A stretch of DNA of 64,000 nt from IMG/VR virus record IMGVR_UViG_3300035208_003115. One strand, 5' to 3'. Position 1 is the stretch's first letter. Every line of letters begins with the position of its first letter. Source of the DNA: a virus (Duplodnaviria; Caudoviricetes). This document shows positions 1 through 10,700 of the stretch, piece after piece. The notes under the pieces were generated by a model. The model had not been told where the DNA came from. It saw only the letters and a program-made list of their open reading frames with translations, and searched no databases. Position numbers and translations under genes: made by a program.

Positions 1-1141
1 AGTCACTAGCTGAAATAGATCCCTGGTCTTCACTCGCAATATAAACCGTTGGTAAACTTCCATGACCGCTAGCCTCAAAGCAAGCAAAGACCTGGACACC
101 ATCAGACCTCATTAAAGGAATGCCGGCGTTGGTGTAGACCCTGGCTCTTAAGATATTAGGAGATGAGATTTCTTGGGCTATATCCGTAGCGTTTTTAGCG
201 TAACAAGTTGTATCTGTTCCTTGAACCGGGGGGATTATTGCTCCCCGGGATAGGAACTCAATTATGTTCGTTGGTGAGGGCGAACAAGATGAGGCAATCC
301 AAGTAGATGTATTCCAGGCTTGGGACAAACCCACAGATACGTCAGTTCCTTTCCATGCCGGGTTAGGAACAACTCCATCTCCCTTGCGGATAACAACTTT
401 CCAATTAGCATAGAAATATTTATTTTCTAGGAAAGTTATTTCCTCTGTTACCGACTTAGGGGCGGTATATGTTTCTAATGTTCCGCTTGTGTCAGCAATG
501 AAACCCAGAGTTCTAGATGGATACGCGAGAGACCCAATATTAACCAGGGCCTGCATCAGCGACCCAATAACTGTTTGGTTAGGAGCAAGTATTACCATCT
601 GGTAATCTGGGTTAGAGATATCACTACCGAATAATGCCTCGTTTGTGCCAGGCGTAAAATATAGACTTGTAATGTCTTGCCCCGCAGTGGTTCCAGCCGG
701 AGGGGTGAAGCTTCCTTCATATGCCCGGACAATAACTTCTTGAGAAATGCTAAAGGCAGCCAGAGCTATATTTATTACCTTGTCCGTAAAAACAACGTTC
801 TCTCCGCCCAGAAGATAAGTCGAGGAATTCATACTGAGAAGATATTTTCCTCCGTCATACGATCCGACAGTTACCTCGAGCTTATTAAGAAGCTTATTCC
901 CGGTATCAAAGATTGCGGGTGTCGCAGGTATAATCGATCCAGGGTCAGATAGGAGACCGGCATTGCCAAGGACGGCGGCAATATTACAGATATTCCGTAG
1001 GAATGTATTCCCGGTGGCCCTTAAGATTTGGTCAGAGGCCTGCTCAAACTTATTTGCGATAGTATTGAGCTTGCCTGCTGTTGGCATTTCACCTTCGATA
1101 AACACCGGCTTATCAAAGTTTATATCGATTTTGTCGTCCAT
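1..1141 (-). CDS. Tail/baseplate-associated structural protein, truncated by the window edge (MDDKIDINFDKPVFIEGEMPTAGKLN...)
   Basis: ATG at 1141, just after the stop of the upstream gene; I read the frame as open to position 1; absent from the ORF track because it is incomplete; baseplate context. Confidence 0.7.
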   Translation of the reverse strand, partial: MDDKIDINFDKPVFIEGEMPTAGKLNTIANKFEQASDQILRATGNTFLRNICNIAAVLGNAGLLSDPGSIIPATPAIFDTGNKLLNKLEVTVGSYDGGKYLLSMNSSTYLLGGENVVFTDKVINIALAAFSISQEVIVRAYEGSFTPPAGTTAGQDITSLYFTPGTNEALFGSDISNPDYQMVILAPNQTVIGSLMQALVNIGSLAYPSRTLGFIADTSGTLETYTAPKSVTEEITFLENKYFYANWKVVIRKGDGVVPNPAWKGTDVSVGLSQAWNTSTWIASSCSPSPTNIIEFLSRGAIIPPVQGTDTTCYAKNATDIAQEISSPNILRARVYTNAGIPLMRSDGVQVFACFEASGHGSLPTVYIASEDQGSISASD

Positions 1142-1142
1142 G

Positions 1143-4100
1143 TTATAATCCTGTCCATCTTAGATAAGAGAAGTAATCAATGAATTTCTCGTCGAGTCGG
1201 AGGGCACCCTGCTGAAGAGGGTCTAGGCCTATATTAATTGTAGCACGCTTTTCTGGAATAGGAACGTCTTCGTACCATCCAGATGCGATTACTTCTACGT
1301 CTCCCGGCGTGATTACCCGAAGATTATCCTGAGTATGATGATCTAAATCTGCATTGAAGTATAGATACGTTCCAGAGGGAGTAGGGAGTGACCCTACCGG
1401 ATGAGTTGGGGCATAAGTATCAAATGTAGTTCTAAGTCCTGCGGCATAATTAAGCATAGTCAGGTTAGAAGCAACAACAACTAACTTACCGAAGTCAGTC
1501 GGACTGTCATACTCGTCTACTTCATATGCCAAAAAGTTAGCGTGTCCCGAGTGAGCGGCGATGGGCCATACTGATGTCCCGTCAACTTTGAGTGAAGTGA
1601 TGTCGATATTATGCGCGCTATCGCTAATCCCATCACCCAGATCAGAGAAATATCCCTGGCCTCCTATCGCCGTTCTAAAGTATCCATCATCTGAGCTATA
1701 GACCCATCCAGAAGCGAGAGGTAGGGCTACATTATAGGAATCAGATGGACTCATAAATAGAATCTTAACTTCGTAGTCTCCGTATCCCGAAATATCCGGG
1801 TTAACAGAGTATAACAGCATGTCATCGAAAGATGTTCCAAGAGTTTTATTAGGGAAGAATGCAGACATAGCCCCAGACAAGGTCATCGCCCAACCCGTTA
1901 AAGAGTGTGATTCCCATGCCGGGCCGGTTGAAACTACCCATCCTCCGCCGATTGGGCGAATTGCGTTGTTAAATACAATTGCTTCTTGGTATGCCGTCGG
2001 TCCCCAGGGGGCATTTGCGTGTTGAGCCCAGTCGGTTCCGTCAAATGACCAAACCTCAGATGAACCGATAAGACCAGAGGAATCAATCTTATTAACTCCG
2101 CCTATTACCCATAGCCTGTCTCTGTATACGACAGTAGCGAATCCAACCGACATGTCAAATGGTAATGTTCCCCAGCTTGTCCAGCTAATGCCGTCGTCTG
2201 AGTACCACATATCATGGAGAGGAGCGCTGACACTTGCCATAGGATCTGCGGTATATGGGGCAAACGGAATAGCACTTTGATTTCCTGCGATAACCCATAT
2301 CTTGTTCTGGAATGCAGTTATCCCACCCTGGACACGTGGACCCCATGGGCAAACGGATGCCGTCCAGTTTGTCCCATCTGTTGTCCTCCAAACGGCCGAC
2401 TGGTTACAGCCTCCTAGATCAAACAGTGTTTCGTTGGGTTCTCCTGGATGAAGAACAACCATACTGTTATAGGCAAGACCTGCATCAAAATATCCCTGGG
2501 GGCCATAGCCGACTGAGTTATCTTCGTTAATCCCCGCCCAGGTTCTCGACCACCTGCTACCATCTAGAGTTCTCCAGAGACCCGCCCAGGTCCTGGCATA
2601 AGTATACCCCTTGAAACTGGCCGTTTGCTGATTGCTTCCATAGCGTTTCATCATGACTAGAGGGTGGCCATCATTAATATTAAATGGGGTTGCAGAGGAA
2701 GCAGAATCTATATAGACCGGAAGTTCTGATATCCAGTTAGTCCCGTCTAAGGTTGAAGCCCTTCGGATATAGAGACTTGTTCTATCTGCTGCATTGACGA
2801 TTTGTTCAACGGCCCAAAGTTTAGGAGTAGTTCCTGCCTTTGTTACATAGTAACCGACTTCATCTCCCCAGTAGAAGTCTACGATGGGGGCCGGGCGAGG
2901 AATCGAATATGAATCCCAGTCTGTGGCATGGAAATCAAAAGCCCAATTTATACCTATCCCAGACGGATTAGCATAGAAATCACTAGGCCCCGAGATATAT
3001 CCTGAAGCACTTATAACGTCAAGATCAATGGGGCTAGAATATGTTGCAATGGCCGTTCCATCAAACTGAGTTAAAACGGGAGTTCCATTTGGAGAAACTG
3101 TTCCTTCGTTTCCTGCTGCTAAGCGGAAATATATCTCTGCTCCTATGACAGGAAGACCATCTTCGTCTAGTAGTGTTCCCAAAAGTAGGGACTGGGAACC
3201 CCCAATCGGGAGGGTATTCGGGATTGCTTCTAACGAGAAGCTGTCATCATTTAGGACTTGCTTTTTATCGCTGATCCAAATGAATCCGTCATAACCCATT
3301 CCATGTAGGGGGTTGAAGTCCCACGGAAGTCTATGCCACTCTGATGCTGGAGTGCCTTCATATCTGATCGTAAGGCCTGAGTGGTCATGATTAATGGTAA
3401 CAAGACCGCTCGTGTCAACGGTAAACTCAAATTGAGGGCTTGTGTCTAGGTCTGCAACATGTAGCCACTCAACTCCGGACGGAGCGACTACTCCATCTTG
3501 ATCATAGAGAAAGTATGGGCTACTGAATGTTGGGTTTAGAAGCTGATATGAAACTTCACCAGAAGGAATTGTTTCGACTATCTCAGTAGAAAATAGATAA
3601 TCTCTATCGTCGTGAATATAGAAATTACCAGTGTGGATATCAGGTGACCATATATCCCCTGAGACAGGAACGATTCTAACAAGCAAGTCTTGAGAGTTGG
3701 GGTCAGAGACTCCGGACTGATAATAGATCCTGTCCACTCCCGAAGTCACTGAAGAGTAGAAGTCAGGAACTACATTTGTATTATTCGCGCCACCGTCAAA
3801 TGGAGCTAAGTCCCAAATGAATGCAGAGGGGTCAGTTTCCCCAGAACCCCACAGAATGGGGAACGTTTCTAGTATCTCTCGAGTATAATCTACAAATCTT
3901 TCTGAGGCGATATTAGAACTTGGATCTACAACCGAACTATAGAAGGTCGGATCAAACAAAGGATTAATTTTAGCTATACCCGAAACAGTAGATGGATACT
4001 CTCCAGAAACATATATAGGATATCCGTCGTAGAACTCTCCATCATCGAATAGATTAGTTGGATATCCACTCTGGGGAAGCCATCCATAATAGTCGAGGGA

Positions 4101-5243
4101 TGTTTCTCTGCTGACTCCGTTAATTAAACCTTGGATAGTTGAATTAGAACGGAATTTAAACACCGTAAGAAGACGGTCTTTATAATCTTGGTTGGATTCC
4201 CCGATAAGGCGAGGAGTATCAAATCTTAGTCCATATTCATCAAAATAGTTCCATACAGCTAGTGGCTCTCCAGAATATGCAACACCATCGATTATGGTTG
4301 TAGTATATCCCTCATTTGTATAGAAGTATTTTTTATCATAGTCGAAGATGCCATAGTCGAAGTCAAGCTTGAACTTAACGACATCAACTAGGGACTGAGT
4401 ATAGAAGTATCGATGATCGATATCTGTCGCTAACCCCGATATAAGCGGGTCGGCATAGACGACTTCATCAAACAGAGGGAGGACTCTAACATATTCGGTG
4501 TTCCCACTCCAGTCGGCTTCTGTGTTTTCTTTTATAGGAATTCGGACATCGTAGACTCTAAAGGTTTCGCCAATTAGAGTGACGAGATAGTCTCCGTTTA
4601 GGCAGTAACCTTGAATTAGACCTGATACTAGGGAGCCAGCAGAATCTAAAAGACTGACCTTACTAATGGGTTCGAAGTTCTGCGGTTGCGCATATGGGAG
4701 CTCCATGTCTCCGATTACGAAGAACTTCTCCATCTTGACTTCATCCGCCTCTTGGTATAGACGAATATAGGATGTCTTTTCTTCCTTCCACATATCTACA
4801 TGCGGGAGATCGTAGGGAATATTTTCATCTACAGCGTTAAATGAAACTCCACTTGGGAGCCCGGCAGCTTGAACCCCTATCGCTGTTATCCGTGTTGGGG
4901 GGACAAGATAGGTCATCTGGTCTAAATCTTCTACGATAGAGATAGGATTGGCGTCTCCAGTCGCAGTATGAACAACGTCTTCACTTAGTTCAATCTTTCT
5001 TGGAAGGCGAACACGTTGAATTTCACTTACTACGTTAATGTCGCAAGTGCTTAAGGCCATAACTCCAGAGGCAGTAGCATAGCTTCGTTGAACAATATCA
5101 AACTCGCGACCAATAGGCGCAAGTAACTGTTGCCCGACTGAACTTCGCTCAATCCGGAGTTTAGTCCAGCTTGGGTAATAGTTCGCCAGAGATTGTGTAT
5201 TGAATGAATAGTACTTGTCAACTACGCCGGAGGCATGGTCCAT
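1143..5243 (-). CDS. Large baseplate wedge/receptor-binding protein with Ig-like (Big-1) domain and Kelch/Asp-box beta-propeller
   Basis: Follows baseplate J; gpI-like segment ESNQDYKDRLL...NSTIQGLING; Big-1-like LLDEDGLPVIGAEIYF...TQFDGTAIATY; repeats WRTLDG, WRTTDGTNW, WYSDDGISW, WSFDGTDW and Kelch-like KIWVIAG, RLWVIGG. Confidence 0.65.
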   Translation of the reverse strand: MDHASGVVDKYYSFNTQSLANYYPSWTKLRIERSSVGQQLLAPIGREFDIVQRSYATASGVMALSTCDINVVSEIQRVRLPRKIELSEDVVHTATGDANPISIVEDLDQMTYLVPPTRITAIGVQAAGLPSGVSFNAVDENIPYDLPHVDMWKEEKTSYIRLYQEADEVKMEKFFVIGDMELPYAQPQNFEPISKVSLLDSAGSLVSGLIQGYCLNGDYLVTLIGETFRVYDVRIPIKENTEADWSGNTEYVRVLPLFDEVVYADPLISGLATDIDHRYFYTQSLVDVVKFKLDFDYGIFDYDKKYFYTNEGYTTTIIDGVAYSGEPLAVWNYFDEYGLRFDTPRLIGESNQDYKDRLLTVFKFRSNSTIQGLINGVSRETSLDYYGWLPQSGYPTNLFDDGEFYDGYPIYVSGEYPSTVSGIAKINPLFDPTFYSSVVDPSSNIASERFVDYTREILETFPILWGSGETDPSAFIWDLAPFDGGANNTNVVPDFYSSVTSGVDRIYYQSGVSDPNSQDLLVRIVPVSGDIWSPDIHTGNFYIHDDRDYLFSTEIVETIPSGEVSYQLLNPTFSSPYFLYDQDGVVAPSGVEWLHVADLDTSPQFEFTVDTSGLVTINHDHSGLTIRYEGTPASEWHRLPWDFNPLHGMGYDGFIWISDKKQVLNDDSFSLEAIPNTLPIGGSQSLLLGTLLDEDGLPVIGAEIYFRLAAGNEGTVSPNGTPVLTQFDGTAIATYSSPIDLDVISASGYISGPSDFYANPSGIGINWAFDFHATDWDSYSIPRPAPIVDFYWGDEVGYYVTKAGTTPKLWAVEQIVNAADRTSLYIRRASTLDGTNWISELPVYIDSASSATPFNINDGHPLVMMKRYGSNQQTASFKGYTYARTWAGLWRTLDGSRWSRTWAGINEDNSVGYGPQGYFDAGLAYNSMVVLHPGEPNETLFDLGGCNQSAVWRTTDGTNWTASVCPWGPRVQGGITAFQNKIWVIAGNQSAIPFAPYTADPMASVSAPLHDMWYSDDGISWTSWGTLPFDMSVGFATVVYRDRLWVIGGVNKIDSSGLIGSSEVWSFDGTDWAQHANAPWGPTAYQEAIVFNNAIRPIGGGWVVSTGPAWESHSLTGWAMTLSGAMSAFFPNKTLGTSFDDMLLYSVNPDISGYGDYEVKILFMSPSDSYNVALPLASGWVYSSDDGYFRTAIGGQGYFSDLGDGISDSAHNIDITSLKVDGTSVWPIAAHSGHANFLAYEVDEYDSPTDFGKLVVVASNLTMLNYAAGLRTTFDTYAPTHPVGSLPTPSGTYLYFNADLDHHTQDNLRVITPGDVEVIASGWYEDVPIPEKRATINIGLDPLQQGALRLDEKFIDYFSYLRWTGL

Positions 5244-5245
5244 TG

Positions 5246-6475
5246 TTAGTTATACTCGATAACGATTGGGGTAAAGTCTATGTCGTGTTCATATCCCTGC
5301 ATATTCTGCTCTACAAGATGCTTGTCATCAAAGAAGGCAGTATAGTTATAAGAGAGAGGCTCGCGGACCCTGTTTGTTATAAGAACCCCATCAACGATAT
5401 CTGCAGTTGTTGGAGACCATATATAAACGGCCAGCTTATCTGCTGAGGTGTCTTCGTCTTCGACATCAAGAATTTCATTAGACACATCCATGATTCTTTG
5501 AATTAGTTCATTTCGTACAAAGCCTTCTCCCATTGGGATATTATTAACATAGTCGTATATTGCATCCTCAACTTGCTCAACTATAGCAGGCTTATCTAGC
5601 TCTGTGGTTGTTGGTCGGAATAGAATCTTTGCGTATGCCTCTATCCCGATATATCTTGGAGATCTTACTGTGCAGAACTCTCCTGCCGCGGTAACAGAGG
5701 AGACAGAGTTGAAGACGTTCTGGAGTATTGCTTCAGAAATGATGGGAGTAGAGCCGACTACGATAAGTCCATATGTCCCGATCCCGTGCATATAAGGTAT
5801 CGGTAGAACATCAGAGACCCCAGCAACAGATAGGGCTGCAAGACGGATAGAGGTTATGTTAGCAGCTTCTGCCGCTGTTACTGCCTTAGATAGAATGTAT
5901 CTATATTCTTCGTCTGTCTGAACATCGCTTCCGTTATCGATTGCCTCTATGTTGGTTGTTAATAGGCCGGGGACATCGAGTCCATGGGCCACCAAGATAT
6001 TGGGTCCCACATTAGAATCAGAGCCCGGGACAATCGCTTCGACTGATCCGATAGCGCTTACATCTCCATTGTTAAATGCTATATCAGAAGCTACGCGATA
6101 TTGAATGATTCCATCTTCTGATTGGACTAGCGTTCCGGTTGGGATTGGGTTAGTAATGCCGGGTAGAAGATCGAGAGATCTGGATGAACAATAGAATTTC
6201 TGAACATTAGCCCGAGTTCCTAAAACAGATCCACCGCGGGGGACGTTAAGAAGAACCCCCATAAGATCCAGGCCATCGCCTGTTGCTGAACTTAGATATG
6301 ACTGAGCGAGAGTAGAGTTTAATAGTTCGTTATTTTGAGAGAGCTTGGCATTAACAGCCCGGAGAATAGATTGGGTCAAGGTTCCGGCCGAGACCCTAGT
6401 TAGAGCGGAGTTAGCTCTAAGCATTGCCAGTGTTTCTAGGTTCATCAAGTCTACTGGCTTATTGACGATGGACAT
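5246..6475 (-). CDS. Baseplate J-like wedge protein
   Basis: ATGDGLDLMG, IPTGTLV, VEAIVPGSDSNV, GSDVQTDEEYR, ALSVAGV motifs typical of gpJ/gp47. Confidence 0.9.
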   Translation of the reverse strand: MSIVNKPVDLMNLETLAMLRANSALTRVSAGTLTQSILRAVNAKLSQNNELLNSTLAQSYLSSATGDGLDLMGVLLNVPRGGSVLGTRANVQKFYCSSRSLDLLPGITNPIPTGTLVQSEDGIIQYRVASDIAFNNGDVSAIGSVEAIVPGSDSNVGPNILVAHGLDVPGLLTTNIEAIDNGSDVQTDEEYRYILSKAVTAAEAANITSIRLAALSVAGVSDVLPIPYMHGIGTYGLIVVGSTPIISEAILQNVFNSVSSVTAAGEFCTVRSPRYIGIEAYAKILFRPTTTELDKPAIVEQVEDAIYDYVNNIPMGEGFVRNELIQRIMDVSNEILDVEDEDTSADKLAVYIWSPTTADIVDGVLITNRVREPLSYNYTAFFDDKHLVEQNMQGYEHDIDFTPIVIEYN

Positions 6476-6476
6476 A

Positions 6477-6893
6477 TTAAGACTCCTCTACCTGCAGGCC
6501 TTTTGTATAGTTGAAATCGAATACCATTTGTGTGGCTTCTATCCCTACATCATTCTGAAGGGTAAGATAAGCGACGATGGTATCGATAGCGATTGGGATG
6601 ACTCGAAGATCTATATCTTCCTTGGAAAAATACCCGTTCTGGGTCAAGGCTCTCAGTATCTCTGCTCTAACTAAACTTGCATTTTGCCGCGTGTTTGGTT
6701 CACCGATAAAGGTATACAACCGGGATCCTATGGAGGGAAACGCTTCAAAATCGCCAAGGATTGTATATGTATTTAGAATTATATCCTGGCGTGTAGTTTG
6801 GTCAATAGAGGCTAGGGCCAAATCTCCACCGGAAGAAACCACTAGATCCCCATCATCCGACATCTGGATGTCTTGTCGGGTGTACGAAGCCAT
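6477..6893 (-). CDS. Baseplate wedge/sheath initiator (gp25/gpW/XkdS-like)
   Basis: 138 aa with GDLVV-GDLA start and GDFEAFPSIGSRL motif; directly upstream of J. Confidence 0.8.
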   Translation of the reverse strand: MASYTRQDIQMSDDGDLVVSSGGDLALASIDQTTRQDIILNTYTILGDFEAFPSIGSRLYTFIGEPNTRQNASLVRAEILRALTQNGYFSKEDIDLRVIPIAIDTIVAYLTLQNDVGIEATQMVFDFNYTKGLQVEES

Positions 6894-6922
6894 GATATTC
6901 TCCTCTTAGATTATAACGAGTA

Positions 6923-7732
6923 TTAGACTGATTTTATCTGATTCATGTACTTAGTTATATTCCCTAGAAGTTTGGTTCCCGGGGGAGACCAGATTAGGGT
7001 GGGAATTGGCGTTACCGCCGTAGAAGGTATCTGGAACATAAGCATTGGGTTCAAGTGCCAGGCTCCCATTACCCTGACATCCTGTATTTGTGAGGTTATA
7101 TTAACTTTACCAGCTATAGAAACGCCATTTTGAGCACTAACTTCAACGCCATTGTTATGGTCGGCTACTAGTCTTACCTCATCTTCGCCAATATAAACGT
7201 GCGCAACCGGATCATCAATTAGGAGAGTCGGGTCATCTGTTGTGACCTTATTATCTCCAATGAACTCTCTTGGGACAGGCCGGGGTGGCTTAACTGTTAT
7301 AGACTGACCCTGAGGATGTTTCCGAAGGTTAATTCCTGCAGTTAGAGACTTAGCCTCTTTTACAATTTTACCATCAACAGGAGTGGATTTCTTTGTTCCT
7401 GATGATCCAAAAATAGCCGAAGAGATTCCATATTCTATATTCGGGACCGGGGTTGCCTTGGGTATCAGCTCTACACAAATTGGACTCTTGGGATCACCAT
7501 GAAGTAACCCAATATATGAGCCAGCGTTAATGGGATAATGGAGTCCAGGAGTTGGCTTAAGCCGAGCCTCAAACGTTTCATTGCCCTTTGTCGCTCCGGC
7601 CTGCATGCGACAAATAGCTCTCGTCTGATCGGGACTTATACTGTCAATATATACGGTCGTCCCTCTAAAGGAACGTTCCATCTCCGTGCGAGCGATATCT
7701 TGAGTTGCTTTAAGCGTAGTCTTATTTATCAT
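6923..7732 (-). CDS. Putative baseplate spike/assembly protein
   Basis: Lies between hub and gp25-like gene; beta-rich C-terminus; assignment mostly by synteny. Confidence 0.5.
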   Translation of the reverse strand: MINKTTLKATQDIARTEMERSFRGTTVYIDSISPDQTRAICRMQAGATKGNETFEARLKPTPGLHYPINAGSYIGLLHGDPKSPICVELIPKATPVPNIEYGISSAIFGSSGTKKSTPVDGKIVKEAKSLTAGINLRKHPQGQSITVKPPRPVPREFIGDNKVTTDDPTLLIDDPVAHVYIGEDEVRLVADHNNGVEVSAQNGVSIAGKVNITSQIQDVRVMGAWHLNPMLMFQIPSTAVTPIPTLIWSPPGTKLLGNITKYMNQIKSV

Positions 7733-10700
7733 AAATTCATTCCTGTAATGCTAGAATAGAACTCTTCTAGAGCTCCAGCTACTGTGTTAACGGACCCAGA
7801 GAGTCTTCTCCACTCACCGGCCATATTCTCCCATATCCCCCCGCGATGCGTAATGCCATCCAGACCAGCGTGGAAGGGCTTACCCATTAGAGAAAGTGGA
7901 GTAATCCGAAGTGGGCAGGCATAGTTGGGATCATCAATTCCTGCGAACATTTGGTAATAGGCAATAGGGCCTCCTACTGCCAAGGTTTTCATCATATTTA
8001 GGAATGATACCTTTGTAAGAGCGGCCCAGGATTCTTTATTAATTAGAACCTTGGCAGCTCCCTTCGAACCATTGGCGACCATTCCGCCTGTTACTCCAGC
8101 TGTTGCTGCAAAGTTTCCCTTGGCTATCATCCAGTCTATTTCTGCTTCAAGACTTGATCCGGGTTTGGCTCTCATAATATTTTTGAGGGCGGCATTAACT
8201 TCCATCCCATTAGCCTCTGTTAGCTTAGATATCTGAGGGATAGATGCGTCCTTGAGGGAACGCGCTTTGTTGATTTCGGTAATGATTTTATATTTTGCAT
8301 TATCTATCTTTTTATCTGCCATAAACTTGAGAGTTCTACTACTAACCGCTTCTTTGGTGGCAACATCAAAAGTCTTGGCGATTGATTTATACTTACTGCC
8401 TACGAATTTATACAGTTGGTTGCCAAGCGTCTTTCCCTTTTTAAACGCTTGGGCCGCAGCTTTATTAACAGCTTGTTTTGATAGAATAGAGGCCCCTGCT
8501 TGACCTCCTTTTGCGAGAGCCCCTGCTTGACCTATTCCTGGGACAACTAGAAGTGCCAACATAGCGACATCAAAGACCTCTTTAATAAGAGAGGCTGGAC
8601 CCATTCCTTGACTGAGGATATCCAAATAAGCGTGTGGTTCGATGATGCTGACAAATCCGTTTTCGGCTGACATGACATGCGTTACAGATTTAACCTCTAT
8701 GGGGCCGTACATCTTAGTATAATCATCGTGGATATAGATGACATCATATGGCTTAATCTCTGGATTCCCTAGGAGAACTAGGCGTCCTCCGTACATGTTT
8801 CTGACGCCTTCAGCGAGTATAGAGGTGGCATAATTTCTCGCCTGCTTGACCGTCTTAGCATTTTCAACCGGGATAGTGAGTTCGCGAGTAACCCTATCGT
8901 CTAGGGTTTCCCCTGCCTGTATTTGGAACTCATTATTCAGTTTATCTCCGAAGATAAGTTGAGGAAGGAATGGAGTATAGTAGTCCATAAAGTCATGGCG
9001 CTTATACTTAACCTTGACCTGATTCCACATTCCTGTAAAGTTAGAACAAATCTTGTTATCAACGATATGCTCGTATCCGGAGGCAATATGGTAGTTTCTA
9101 AATCTCTTTTCAATGGGGCTATGACCGAATTCAGCTAGAACCTTCTGAAATTCCCCGCTGATATCAACGAGATTCTGTAATAAAATATTCCTAAAGACGG
9201 TGTGTGTCTTGAGGTCTGTCCTAAAGATGGGTCCAGAGAAAGAGATGCTACCATTATCTAGTTTCTTAATGGTGATTTCTCCTACCCGGTGATTAACATA
9301 AAAGTTAAACGGAATATGACCCTCGAAGCTAATCGAGTTTTTATTCTTTGTCTCGTCAGTAATCTGATTTAAATCCATCGGATTTCGACTAGATGTCGAG
9401 GTTGTTTTCTTGTCTCCTCCCGGAAGAAAGGTTCCCAATAGGAGTTGCCATATACTCGATAATTTGAACCAGCAGATAACAGCTAGAGGAGATTCAATTC
9501 CATACTTTTTGTATATCTTCTTCATTGGGCCGAGAAGACTTTTATCAAAGTCGGCCTGGTCCCCGATGAAAGGGATGTCCGTGGCTAGATTCTTTAGTTC
9601 TTCTTTAACTTTTTTCTCATCTAGAATTAGGTCATACCTAGATAGAACGCCTTGAAGATTATCAAATAGGGCGACGTCCTTTTGGTCTATCCCCGTTGTC
9701 TGAATTTTCGCCCGAGATAGAGTGGCGTATACAGTTTGAACGTCAGTATCTCTATAGAAATCAAGGAGAGGGATAGTTCTTCCGCTAAGAGATTTAAGAA
9801 TTGAGCTACGAACAACTGGGTCGAGGTGATCTAGCATCTCTGATTTTAGTGGATCCGATGGCTGACTCTTAATAAGCTCTTTAGCTAAGCGTGCAATTTC
9901 TGCTTCGTATGGGTCGGTTTCTTTCTTGGCATAGATGGGGCCAGGACTTTCTTCTTTAGAATTAAGGCCGAAGTCGCGAGTGTCTGATTTTCTCTCGCTC
10001 TTTTGAGGTTCTTCTGTTCCTAGCTGGAACTGGATATTGCCAGTTGAACCATCTGAACCGATTGTGTTTAGGACATCAACAACTTTACAGTAGTCCATTA
10101 GCAGGCTCATGGTTCTGCCTTTGGCTCCCTCGGCGTGGTTCGCACGCCATTTAGCGAAGGCTTGATCAATCCGATCTTTGACCTTCATCCACTGGAGATA
10201 ATTAAACTCGGGTTTTTTGGCCTCTGGAGTTGCATCGTTGGCCATTTCCTCTTGAAACTTTTCTCTAACACTTTTGTTTGAATTCGGAGCTTTCTTATTG
10301 AGGCTTCTCCAACCTCCTCCTAAATCTGGAATTAGGTCGAGAGACAACTTCATATATTGTCTTGTGACTCCCAGATCCTGGGTATATTTATACCAGTCAT
10401 CTGGACGGCCAAAGAAGACCGTTTCTCTGTCATCATACGGGACAACCTGGCAGATATAGCCGGGGTGAGCAGCCGCGATATCTTGAAGAGCATCCCACTT
10501 GGTCATGTTGTCAGCGTTATATGACTGTAGTAATCTCCATGTCCCGGGCTCTAATTCCTGATCGATATAAATGTTATCGTCAAAGGCTGGACCATCTATA
10601 AAGTCGGTGACCGTAGATGGAAGAATAGAGGCCTGGACAAGTCTGCCCAGATGTTTGACCTTAGAGTCTAGAAGCATCCACCAAATGAATGCTTTAGGAG